Origin: a virus
Lineage: Duplodnaviria; Caudoviricetes
IMG/VR virus record: IMGVR_UViG_3300020042_001002
Coordinates: 1 to 55,611 of that record
Length of the DNA stretch: 55,611 nt
Reading direction: 5' to 3' (one strand)
Under the pieces are notes generated by a model. That model was not told the origin of the DNA and searched no databases. It was given only the letters and a program-made list of their open reading frames with translations. Each line of letters opens with the position of its first letter. Positions within the stretch are counted from its first letter, which is position 1. Of the stretch, positions 29,474 to 37,183 are shown in pieces. The translations under genes were made by a program, and so were the position numbers.

Positions 29474-30322
29474 TCAGAACCTCCATGCACCCTCATCAAT
29501 TATGTTCTCAGGGTGGTACTCACCATGCTCTTCGTCGAAGCAACCATTACCACAGCATTCGTCGTAGTCCCCATACATATGGTCTTCAAGGATGTCAGGG
29601 ATTTCTGAGGGTTCAATCTCAGCCAGCACCTTGTACTCACAGACACGCATCTTGGCGAAGTCATAGTCGTAAGGCACAGCTACTACGTGGGCAGGGTTCA
29701 CCTCAACTACCACAGTACGAGAGTGGTCAGCATTAGCAAAGTGTTCGAGGTACTTATCAGCACAGATGTGCAAGCCAGACGAACAGGTATGCTTGGGGTC
29801 ATCGTCAACCATAGCACGATCCATCTTCACCACAGTACCAATGCTGTTGTCAAACTTACCAGAGTGGATGTCTTTCCAGTCCTTGCTGATACGCTTGAAG
29901 GCAATGAAGTTACCATCCGGGGTGATAGGTGCATCGAACTTTTCAAGGAACTGATACAGACATTCACGAGAACGATACGATGGGTTGAGCATCAGGTTCT
30001 TGAGGAACTTAACCCACGGCATAGCATCGAAGCCATCATCCAATAGGTCCAAGAGCTTGTCAGTCAGGGCATTATGGATTTCCTCGCCCTTGTAGTAGAC
30101 AACACCGCCCATGACCTCAACATCGTGATCATACCCAGAGGTGGACTGACGGATGTTCTCCTCACGATCCATGAGTTTGACGATAGTAGATACGTCATGT
30201 TCAGGTTGACGTAGAAGTTCAAACAGTCTGTCAAAGTTCTTGTGACCTGACACAATGGTCAGCACCTTACCATCAGCAAAGACAGTAGCCGAATAGTCTG
30301 AGAGTGTGTAGGGAATACGCAT
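29474..30322 (-). CDS. rIIB: rIIB-like protein
   Basis: NPSYRSRECLYQFL, ITPDGNFIAFK, CSSGLH, VAVPYDY, KMRVCEY. Confidence 0.85.
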   Translation of the reverse strand: MRIPYTLSDYSATVFADGKVLTIVSGHKNFDRLFELLRQPEHDVSTIVKLMDREENIRQSTSGYDHDVEVMGGVVYYKGEEIHNALTDKLLDLLDDGFDAMPWVKFLKNLMLNPSYRSRECLYQFLEKFDAPITPDGNFIAFKRISKDWKDIHSGKFDNSIGTVVKMDRAMVDDDPKHTCSSGLHICADKYLEHFANADHSRTVVVEVNPAHVVAVPYDYDFAKMRVCEYKVLAEIEPSEIPDILEDHMYGDYDECCGNGCFDEEHGEYHPENIIDEGAWRF

Positions 30323-30326
30323 TGAT

Positions 30327-32276
30327 TTACTCCTTGAATGCGTTGAGGTTGTCGATCATTTCGATGTAGTCCACGAAGGCTTGTTTCATGTCCTTCGAGT
30401 TAGGGTCTAGCTTAAGAAGGGGATACTTGTCAAGTATTATCTTCAGCTCTGCCTTCTGTTGGTTGTCGTTGAACCCACCAAGACCAAGACGGGTTATCTG
30501 TATCTCCCATTGACCATGCGTCAGGCCCAAAAACTTCTCAGGTGATTTAGCCGCAGCCTTCCTAGCGAAGTCACCTACTGGCCCAGCCAAGCCAGCATAC
30601 TGTGTGAAGTTAGTGAAGGGATACTTGTCATACCTTGCACCATAGATAGCACGTGCTGCCTTCTCGTTATCCTTAAGCAACACATCCAGTGCAGGTTCGA
30701 TCAGCTTCCACTTAGGGTTAGCCTCGAACTTCTTCCACATAGTCTTAGGTACAAGCAGGATGCAGGGAACCTTGAGCATCTCCTGAGCAAAGGAGCGCAG
30801 TTGTGTGAGGTGGTTTGGGTAGTTGTTGTTGGACATAGGGTAGTAGTACCCGCCACCTTGGAACACTGCATCATCCATAGAGTATACTTCCTGATACCCA
30901 TCAGGGTGGATGTAAGACACACTAACCTTAGACCTTGTGGTAGTACGTGGGCCAGCATCAGACAAGTCCTTCACATACTTTACAGGGTAGTCCAAGTCCT
31001 TAAGCATACGCTCAACCTCAGCCTTCTGCTTCATGTCAGACAGGTCAGTACGAACCCAGATGAAGTAGCTGTAATCCTTCAAGCTAGAAGCGATACGAGT
31101 AGCAGCACGGGCATTACTCTTCTTGTCATTCGTATCCTGAATGAAGATTGTGTAGTCCTCTTTTACCATCACATTACGATCATCACCCCAACCAACTGTC
31201 TTACCACCACGGCTACGATACCCTGAGTACAGCCCAGTGATCTGATACTCATGGCAATCCCAGTACTTAGGCAACTCCTTACCCTTGTACTTAAGGCTAG
31301 GGTCTTTGCTAGTCAGGTGGTATCGTAGCTTAGGCCCCATCTTAGCAGCCCTGAATAGCGTAGGCTGTGCATCAACCTCATCCTGCATCTTCTGGTACAG
31401 GTTAGCTGTCACCTCATCCATACGCTTCTTGATGTTCGTAGCGGTAGGATCATGGGGGCCAAACGATAAGGCTTCACGAGATGCAGTCACCTCAAGGTCG
31501 CCAATGTCAAACTGAACGACCACATCAAAGTGACGATCTAGGTACTGTGTAGGGATAGGGTACATGACGCAGCCCATCTGAGCATAAGCACCATGCAGTC
31601 GGGTATCCTTGTAGATGTAGTACCCATCACCCTCGAACACCTTATTCACCCCAGCGAATTGCTTATCCTTGGAGTTGGTCACACGGGGTGGCACAGAGAA
31701 GCCATAGGAGACGATCTCAGCGGCCTCTTGGAACTGGCGTACATCATCCCGCTTGACAGGGAAGGACACCTCTAGGCCGCTCTCCTCGTTCGTAGGCATG
31801 GGTGGTGCAAGGACATGGAGTTGGGGGGAACCATCAGGCCCCAATTGTACTGTGTAGTAGGCGATCATCCCCTTGTGACGGGACACAACAGAGAACGTAT
31901 CGGTGTATGACATAGGGGACATACGACCTACACCCCACTTACCTACCGCAGTGTTAGTGTTCTCCTTAGTGGAGTGACCAAGCACTGTGTAGAAACCTTC
32001 CATGTCCTCATGTGCAATGCCGGGTCCAAAGTCACGAACAGAGAACGTAGGGGTGATAGAGGTGGGGAAGGTCACATCGAATGGTACATCCTGCTTACCC
32101 ACCATGACATGGGCATCGAAGGCATTGGACCAAATCTCACGGGTGATTGACTGAGGCTTGTTAGAGTACAGCCCGCTGATCACCATGTGGAACATCTTAC
32201 CTGATGCTTGAATGGTGAAGGCTGTTGATGATGAAGCGTTGTTGTCTACACTGCGTAGGCTAGTGTTCATTCTCAT
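30327..32276 (-). CDS. rIIA: rIIA-like protein (GHKL ATPase N-terminus)
   Basis: LYSNK, REIWSNAFDAH, VRDFGPG, STK, GKWGVG, SREAL. Confidence 0.85.
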   Translation of the reverse strand: MRMNTSLRSVDNNASSSTAFTIQASGKMFHMVISGLYSNKPQSITREIWSNAFDAHVMVGKQDVPFDVTFPTSITPTFSVRDFGPGIAHEDMEGFYTVLGHSTKENTNTAVGKWGVGRMSPMSYTDTFSVVSRHKGMIAYYTVQLGPDGSPQLHVLAPPMPTNEESGLEVSFPVKRDDVRQFQEAAEIVSYGFSVPPRVTNSKDKQFAGVNKVFEGDGYYIYKDTRLHGAYAQMGCVMYPIPTQYLDRHFDVVVQFDIGDLEVTASREALSFGPHDPTATNIKKRMDEVTANLYQKMQDEVDAQPTLFRAAKMGPKLRYHLTSKDPSLKYKGKELPKYWDCHEYQITGLYSGYRSRGGKTVGWGDDRNVMVKEDYTIFIQDTNDKKSNARAATRIASSLKDYSYFIWVRTDLSDMKQKAEVERMLKDLDYPVKYVKDLSDAGPRTTTRSKVSVSYIHPDGYQEVYSMDDAVFQGGGYYYPMSNNNYPNHLTQLRSFAQEMLKVPCILLVPKTMWKKFEANPKWKLIEPALDVLLKDNEKAARAIYGARYDKYPFTNFTQYAGLAGPVGDFARKAAAKSPEKFLGLTHGQWEIQITRLGLGGFNDNQQKAELKIILDKYPLLKLDPNSKDMKQAFVDYIEMIDNLNAFKE

Positions 32277-32286
32277 ATCGTATCTC

Positions 32287-32311
32287 CTACTGTCGGACCA
32301 TCCGACACTAC
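32287..32311 (-). repeat. Hairpin repeat copy 1 (CTAC TGTCGGA CCA TCCGACA CTAC)
   Basis: Between the tRNA 3' end and the rIIA RBS. Confidence 0.9.
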
Positions 32312-32323
32312 ATTTGAGGAAGT

Positions 32324-32400
32324 TGGTCTACCCAAGAGGACTCGAACCTCTGACCTTGAGTTTAGAAAACTCTTGCTCTATCCAACTGAGCTATGGGTAG
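32324..32400 (-). tRNA. tRNA-Arg (anticodon UCU)
   Basis: Cloverleaf folded by hand: CTACCCA/TGGGTAG acceptor, GCTC D arm, TTTCTAA loop, GGTTCGAGTCC T arm, encoded CCA. Confidence 0.92.
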
Positions 32401-32407
32401 TAACACA

Positions 32408-32620
32408 TTAATCTTTAAACGAGTTCAGATACTCTGTCAAGTCAGTTGCTGCATCCATATACCCAGTACGAGCATAGGTCACACCAGTGATAGCACCCGC
32501 TTTCTTGAGGATGTCACCCTTACGCACACCACGTGGCGGCTGTAACCCCACTGCTAGTAGGCGAAGGTGTCCCCTCAAGAAGATTGCTTGAACACGGGGT
32601 GCTGTGGTGTCGGTGATCAT
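32408..32620 (-). CDS. Hypothetical early protein
   Basis: 70-aa ORF with ATGA overlap. Confidence 0.6.
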   Translation of the reverse strand: MITDTTAPRVQAIFLRGHLRLLAVGLQPPRGVRKGDILKKAGAITGVTYARTGYMDAATDLTEYLNSFKD

Positions 32621-33015
32621 GGTGATACTCCAAATCTTAGGGTTGATGATACTCGTTTACGTTTGTAAGGGCTGTCGTCTATCCAAATGCCCTGCCTGAA
32701 CTCAGGGTCAAACAACTTACACTTACGTACCGCTATTGCATGGCCTGTGATAGTCACATGGTAGTCATAGTCCGCATTGTAGTCAGTGTTGTACCAACCC
32801 ATCAGGGTAGGCTTATCCTTGTAGTGATACTCCTCTGTCCAATTCAAGCCAAGCGCATCAATCACCAGCATCCTGTCCCAGATAGAGGTCACGTTGTCCC
32901 GTCTGCATAGGTCAAAGAACAAACGCTCTGCCTCTTGGTAGGATACATTGGCAAGCATAGCTACCGCTGCAATCCCACAGTTGTCCCTGCCATAGGGTGT
33001 GTCGTCTGGGATCAT
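32617..33015 (-). CDS. Putative papain-like (C39-like) cysteine peptidase
   Basis: DNCGIAAVAM, GHAIAV, LFDP consistent with a Cys-His-Asp triad. Confidence 0.55.
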   Translation of the reverse strand: MIPDDTPYGRDNCGIAAVAMLANVSYQEAERLFFDLCRRDNVTSIWDRMLVIDALGLNWTEEYHYKDKPTLMGWYNTDYNADYDYHVTITGHAIAVRKCKLFDPEFRQGIWIDDSPYKRKRVSSTLRFGVSP

Positions 33016-33140
33016 GGTTTCTCTAACTCCTTTCGTATCTCTGCAAGCAAGTCAGTCAGTGCCTTGTTACTACGCTCAGATGTCTTAGGTAGTAGCTTCT
33101 CACACATACCCAAGACCTTAAGTTCCAGTGCCTTAATCAT
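33012..33140 (-). CDS. Small hypothetical protein (42 aa)
   Basis: AGGAG RBS supplied by repeat copy 2; translated by hand. Confidence 0.55.
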   Translation of the reverse strand: MIKALELKVLGMCEKLLPKTSERSNKALTDLLAEIRKELEKP

Positions 33141-33148
33141 ATCATCTC

Positions 33149-33172
33149 CTACTGTCGGACCATCCGACACTA
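33149..33172 (-). repeat. Hairpin repeat copy 2
   Basis: CTAC TGTCGGA CCA TCCGACA CTA; provides the TAG stop of the upstream ORF and the RBS of the downstream ORF. Confidence 0.9.
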
Positions 33173-33391
33173 ACCTGCAAAGTGGCTGAGTTTACGGGCG
33201 GGATTACCCTTGCGCTCAAGGTATACAGTACGCTTACCCATGTGGATGGCAGTCATGCACTCACTATGCTGCACCCCCCACCCTCGTGACTTATACTTAC
33301 GCTTACGGGTCAGGCCCTTGATACCTAACACATTGAAGCGGAAGCCTTTTGTGCTGTCGTTTAGTGCCTTAGTGGCGAGGATAATGAACAT
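33170..33391 (-). CDS. Basic hypothetical early protein
   Basis: AGGAG RBS, 73 aa. Confidence 0.65.
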   Translation of the reverse strand: MFIILATKALNDSTKGFRFNVLGIKGLTRKRKYKSRGWGVQHSECMTAIHMGKRTVYLERKGNPARKLSHFAG

Positions 33392-33405
33392 CTATTTTCT
33401 CCTGA

Positions 33406-33996
33406 TCAGATGTTGTGGATACGCTTCCAGACTACCCATGTAATAGCCTGTATCTCGAATGCTTTTAAGCCAACACGTTTGCCAGCCCTCTTATAAGCAT
33501 CCTGTAGTTCCTTGTATTGACCCTTAGTGATATTAACTTCAGGTTCTGTCAAGCCAATCCGCTTACCATTGGCTATATTAAAAGCATGACCATCAACAGT
33601 ACACGTATTGATACCCATGATATTAAGGAAGAACGAGGTGATCTTCTGCCCATTAAGAACCTCAATTACCTCAGCGTCAGTGGCTGGCATCTGCTCAAGT
33701 ATTAACCATGCCTTGTCCCGCATTTTAAGGTAGGTGCTGGGCTTACACATCTCCACTGTACCACCACCCAAGAACACAGCGATCATGTCTGACGCATTAG
33801 ATACGTTACGTTCCCACTTATTGTTAGGCGAGAGTGCGGCGATCACACCAACGACAATACGAAGGGGTAGGTCATGGGCATAGGCAATGTTGGTCGCCTC
33901 ATATTGTGCTGATCCATACCATGTAGTGCCATTGTACACCTCACCTGTCGTGGCAAGGCGAAAGACTTTAAGGATGTTACGAACGATGGTAGTCAT
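33406..33996 (-). CDS. Conserved phage early protein, possibly HhH DNA-glycosylase-like fold
   Basis: WY, VIAALSP..KWERN, KITSFF.NI, TVDGHA, QAITWV motifs. Confidence 0.55.
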   Translation of the reverse strand: MTTIVRNILKVFRLATTGEVYNGTTWYGSAQYEATNIAYAHDLPLRIVVGVIAALSPNNKWERNVSNASDMIAVFLGGGTVEMCKPSTYLKMRDKAWLILEQMPATDAEVIEVLNGQKITSFFLNIMGINTCTVDGHAFNIANGKRIGLTEPEVNITKGQYKELQDAYKRAGKRVGLKAFEIQAITWVVWKRIHNI

Positions 33997-34005
33997 GTTG
34001 TTCTC

Positions 34006-34030
34006 CTAGTGTCGGACCATCCGACACATC
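34006..34030 (-). repeat. Hairpin repeat copy 3 (8-bp stem)
   Basis: GTGTCGGA CCA TCCGACAC directly before AGGAG. Confidence 0.88.
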
Positions 34031-34033
34031 AAT

Positions 34034-34063
34034 AAGGTAGCAGGGTTTATTCCCATCTGTCAA
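34034..34063 (-). promoter_or_regulatory. Putative early sigma70 promoter
   Basis: TTGACA-N18-TACCTT immediately upstream of repeat copy 3. Confidence 0.55.
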
Positions 34064-34479
34064 CTGTAGTAGGGTCGCTGCTTTGGGTAGTGGGTGTCAG
34101 GCATAGACCCAGTGGTGCAGCGCACAGTCAGCTCTCTGTCACCATTGATCACGTTCTCTCGCTCCACATCATCCCACAGTTTATCTCGATAGGCAGCAGC
34201 CTCAGCGTAGTCATTGAAGAACCGCATAGCACCATGCCATGTTAGTCCACCAGCATAGTAGTGCCACCCACCCTCTTCAGGCCCACCATACTGGCTATAC
34301 TGGGTGTATACACCGACAGTCCACCATGTGGCAGGTTCATCAGCCGTATGACTAACGAGTTGCCCTTGTGCGTATGGTCGCCCATCATCCCATGTCACCT
34401 CATCATGGCGGAATGTAGCTTCACCCCAACGGGACTCATAGGCATATATGGGTAGTGTCTCACTCAGGTAGTCACTCAT
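34060..34479 (-). CDS. Hypothetical early protein (YGGPEEGGW motif)
   Basis: Likely start ATG 34479; YGGPEEGGWHY motif. Confidence 0.6.
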   Translation of the reverse strand: MSDYLSETLPIYAYESRWGEATFRHDEVTWDDGRPYAQGQLVSHTADEPATWWTVGVYTQYSQYGGPEEGGWHYYAGGLTWHGAMRFFNDYAEAAAYRDKLWDDVERENVINGDRELTVRCTTGSMPDTHYPKQRPYYS

Positions 34480-34681
34480 CAAAGCACCCATCCTTGAACA
34501 TATCTTCCACCATACCAGCCAGATCATCAAAGGATGAATAAGACCGAACACTACTAAGGTTAACAGCCAGATACCCAGAGAAGGGGTCGAACACGAAGGT
34601 CCACCTGTCCACTGTTACGCTAGTCATACCGATACCAAAGCCCTGCATCAGGGTATAGATTACCTCACGCTTGCTCATCAC
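34472..34681 (-). CDS. Hypothetical early protein
   Basis: 69-aa ORF overlapping its neighbours. Confidence 0.5.
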   Translation of the reverse strand: MMSKREVIYTLMQGFGIGMTSVTVDRWTFVFDPFSGYLAVNLSSVRSYSSFDDLAGMVEDMFKDGCFDE

Positions 34682-34842
34682 AGCCCCCTTTCATAGCGGC
34701 TCAATTCCCTTACATAATCCACACGGCTTTCGGGGTAGTCCTCTGCCACCTTTTCCCAAGCCTCATACTTATCCTCAGCCAGAACCTCTACACTAAAGTC
34801 CTCGCCACACTCACCGACCAGTACCACATGAAACTTTTTCAT
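34678..34842 (-). CDS. Small acidic hypothetical protein (54 aa)
   Basis: ATGA overlap; MKKFHVVLVGECGEDFSVEV; translated by hand. Confidence 0.55.
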   Translation of the reverse strand: MKKFHVVLVGECGEDFSVEVLAEDKYEAWEKVAEDYPESRVDYVRELSRYERGL

Positions 34843-35060
34843 TGGGATAACTCCACCATCTTGTTCAACACACGTTCACGATACTCATACTCATCAGCAT
34901 GAGCCTTGCACTCAGCAGTGGTAGCAGCACCAAACCTACGCACACCACAGATGTTGAGGATCATCTGACTACCACCTCCTTCCCCCACCTCATACTTCTG
35001 TCCACCCTGCCCATAGGCAACCCAGCATCCGTCCTCATGTATGATCCACTCTAGCAACAT
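34839..35060 (-). CDS. Hypothetical early protein
   Basis: ORF in frame with 34839-35078; likely start ATG 35060. Confidence 0.5.
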   Translation of the reverse strand: MLLEWIIHEDGCWVAYGQGGQKYEVGEGGGSQMILNICGVRRFGAATTAECKAHADEYEYRERVLNKMVELSQ

Positions 35061-35446
35061 CACATAAACCCCAGCCATTCACCAGCCTCATTGCGACCCA
35101 TATCTATACGCTCGTGATACTCAGCACGTTCATCACCCCAGCCATCACCATGATCATCATCATAGGAGTGACCATACGGATCGTCATCCTCTTCCTCTTC
35201 CTCATCTACTGTCGGATCGTCCGACACATAGTGCTTGGCAATCTCCCGATAGTTGATCGAACCTAGGGCAACACTGAGTAGGTCAGCCATTAGTGGATCA
35301 AGGTTATGCACACTGTCATGCAAACAGTCTACTGTCTGACGGATAAAATCCTCAGTGATCTTCTGACCACCCTCTGCCTGTTCGACAAAGGAATCCCCCA
35401 GCCACAGGTTCACAAGCCAAGTCTCATGGTTTGACCAGCCGTTCAT
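35060..35446 (-). CDS. Hypothetical early protein with acidic C-terminal extension
   Basis: NGWSNHETWLVNLW N-terminus; contains repeat copy 4 in frame. Confidence 0.65.
   Translation of the reverse strand: MNGWSNHETWLVNLWLGDSFVEQAEGGQKITEDFIRQTVDCLHDSVHNLDPLMADLLSVALGSINYREIAKHYVSDDPTVDEEEEEDDDPYGHSYDDDHGDGWGDERAEYHERIDMGRNEAGEWLGFM
35206..35230 (-). repeat. Hairpin repeat copy 4 (loop variant, intragenic)
   Basis: CTAC TGTCGGA TCG TCCGACA CATA. Confidence 0.85.
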
Positions 35447-35660
35447 AGTCCATCCTCCATTTCAAGGTTCATAAGAGTAGCCCACTCATCATCAGTCACA
35501 CCACTGATCAGAAACTCACGATCACCCACACTCAGGTGGGGCATACAGTTTTGGATCATCTGCCCACTCACCCATGCCTGATACTCATGCGGTTGCACAT
35601 CAATATCCATAGTGCGGGTGATACCTGATAGCGTCGACGTTCTAGTGATTAGCATTGTCA
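35443..35660 (-). CDS. Conserved hypothetical early protein (start approximate)
   Basis: AAGGAG RBS before MTMLITRTS; IQNCMPHLS..DREFLISG motif. Confidence 0.6.
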
Positions 35661-35691
35661 TTCTCCTTGGGGTTAAGCGGATGGTCAAACC

Positions 35692-35716
35692 CTACTGTCG
35701 GACCATCCGACACTAC
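35692..35716 (-). repeat. Hairpin repeat copy 5
   Basis: CTAC TGTCGGA CCA TCCGACA CTAC just after the stop at 35720. Confidence 0.9.
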
Positions 35717-35719
35717 AAA

Positions 35720-36001
35720 TTAAAAGTTTGCCACACCCTCATTCAACACACGGGTAAAGGCTGCATCCACCTGATCCAGATCAGTCAGCCAGATGTTCAC
35801 ACCTGTCTTACGATCATCCAGTTCGAGACGCTTGCGGGCAAAGGTGACACCCTCGTAGAGAAGGGATGCCTCAAGGTGCATATAGGTATCCGTCAAGGAC
35901 ACCAACAACACACGGGTGATATTGTGATCACACTCATCCACCCAACGCAGGTCAACGCTAGTCAACCACACATCAGCAGTTTTGATCTTCCAATCCATCA
36001 C
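35720..36001 (-). CDS. Hypothetical early protein
   Basis: 93-aa ORF overlapping the upstream stop. Confidence 0.55.
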   Translation of the reverse strand: MMDWKIKTADVWLTSVDLRWVDECDHNITRVLLVSLTDTYMHLEASLLYEGVTFARKRLELDDRKTGVNIWLTDLDQVDAAFTRVLNEGVANF

Positions 36002-36210
36002 TTCACCCCCACAATCAAGCCATCTTTCATCTTCACCTCAGCGAAGAACTCTCTGCCCACACCTGTGATATGGGGGCGATTAGCCACGACGAACGATCCC
36101 GTGGGCATATACTCAGCACCGAACAGGCTTGTCTCAATGTGACGCAGCGACTTGCCCACATTCTCTTTCAAGATTTTCTTTGACGGGTACACCACAACCA
36201 AAGTCATCAC
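35998..36210 (-). CDS. First early gene, hypothetical protein
   Basis: AAGGAG RBS; YPSKKILKENVG..IETSLFG.EY. Confidence 0.65.
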   Translation of the reverse strand: MMTLVVVYPSKKILKENVGKSLRHIETSLFGAEYMPTGSFVVANRPHITGVGREFFAEVKMKDGLIVGVK

Positions 36211-36223
36211 GTTTTCTCCTTGT

Positions 36224-36248
36224 CTACTGTCGGACCATCCGACACTAC
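36224..36248 (-). repeat. Hairpin repeat copy 6
   Basis: CTAC TGTCGGA CCA TCCGACA CTAC between the first promoter and the first RBS. Confidence 0.9.
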
Positions 36249-36267
36249 ATTTCGTTTCAGTCCATAT

Positions 36268-36296
36268 AGAATGCCACCCACCACCCTATCTGTCAA
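36268..36296 (-). promoter_or_regulatory. Putative major early promoter
   Basis: TTGACA-N17-CATTCT with TG extension. Confidence 0.6.
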
Positions 36297-36299
36297 GGG

Positions 36300-36880
36300 T
36301 TTTGGCCCACCTCTTTGTTCCATACACATCTGTATCAGCCACACACTAGCCCACCATTTATCAGCCCTTAGGGCTATACGCTCACGCCTAGGTATCATGG
36401 CACACACCACACAATAGCGGCACACACCACCACGCCCACCACCCACCACATCATGACGCACCCATGACTAGCGCACACACCACGATCACGCACACCACAA
36501 GCACAAGCCTGACAAGCGCGCCCACGACCCACCACCACCCATCTGTCATAGCCGCAGCACCACGATAGCATACACGCCTATGTAGCGCAAGCCTGTGCAT
36601 CGCCATGCCTAACGCATTGAAATCCCTAGGGATTTTACAGAATGTATCTTTACCTTTAGGTAAGTTTGGCGACAGAATCCGGGGGTTATAGTTAAATAGG
36701 GGATAGGAGGGGTGCTACAGCATCAAGTTATCTCTTGGCTAGGGTGGCCTAGGACAGCACTGTCTTAGCTCTGTATGGCTCTCCTATGGCCTCCTATAGG
36801 TATCTGGATGGTGTTACCCCCAATGCGGGTCTATCCTGATGCTAGGAGCCTAGGTGACTACAGAATTATAGATTTATTTG
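36300..36880. other. Non-coding divergence region, probable site of the physical genome ends
   Basis: No credible ORF; C/A-rich low-complexity tract and a palindrome at 36620-36635. Confidence 0.5.
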
Positions 36881-36890
36881 AAATGAGGTA

Positions 36891-36919
36891 TTGACAAACA
36901 GGAGAACTGCGGGTATCAT
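36891..36919 (+). promoter_or_regulatory. Putative sigma70 promoter
   Basis: TTGACA-N17-TATCAT. Confidence 0.65.
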
Positions 36920-37080
36920 AGTAAGATACATAATGAGATACACGATGTAGAACCATAAGGGTTCATTATGAGATACACTATGAGAAGCCTTATGAGATAC
37001 CTAAGTTAGTAATACTTAAGTTAAAAAAGCTTAAAGAACCTTAAGCTAAACATTATGTATCTCTTTATGTATCTTAAGAT
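36920..37080. repeat. AT-rich iteron-like repeat cluster (possible origin)
   Basis: ATGAGATAC x3, AAGATAC, inverted GTATCT x2, several CTTAAG. Confidence 0.6.
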
Positions 37081-37150
37081 AGGATTAGATTTCTAACTTT
37101 CAAGAGGGTATGAAAAATAAATGTTTGTGTCGTTCTCTTCAACAAAGAGC

Positions 37151-37181
37151 TTGACTCTCAGGGAACCTAAGGTATAACTAC
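37151..37181 (+). promoter_or_regulatory. Putative late promoter (leaderless mRNA)
   Basis: TTGACT-N16-TATAACTAC, ATG at 37184. Confidence 0.55.
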
Positions 37182-37183
37182 AC

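Noticed and set aside
32324-32400. Amber-suppressor tRNA (CTA anticodon) or stop-codon recoding
   Set aside because: Stem pairing places TCT at positions 34-36, and genes are intact under the standard code with TAG used as a stop.
32287-36248. Hairpin repeats as a CRISPR array
   Set aside because: Spacing is about 0.5-1.2 kb with whole genes between copies; no cas operon is present.
32287-36248. N4-type virion RNAP hairpin promoters
   Set aside because: The geometry is similar, but I found no RNA polymerase gene and sigma70-like promoters lie upstream of several copies. Not fully excluded without structure searches of the large virion proteins.
36207-36461. 84-aa - strand ORF across the promoter region
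   Set aside because: It runs through low-complexity sequence, the early promoter and the hairpin repeat, and is unlikely to be coding.
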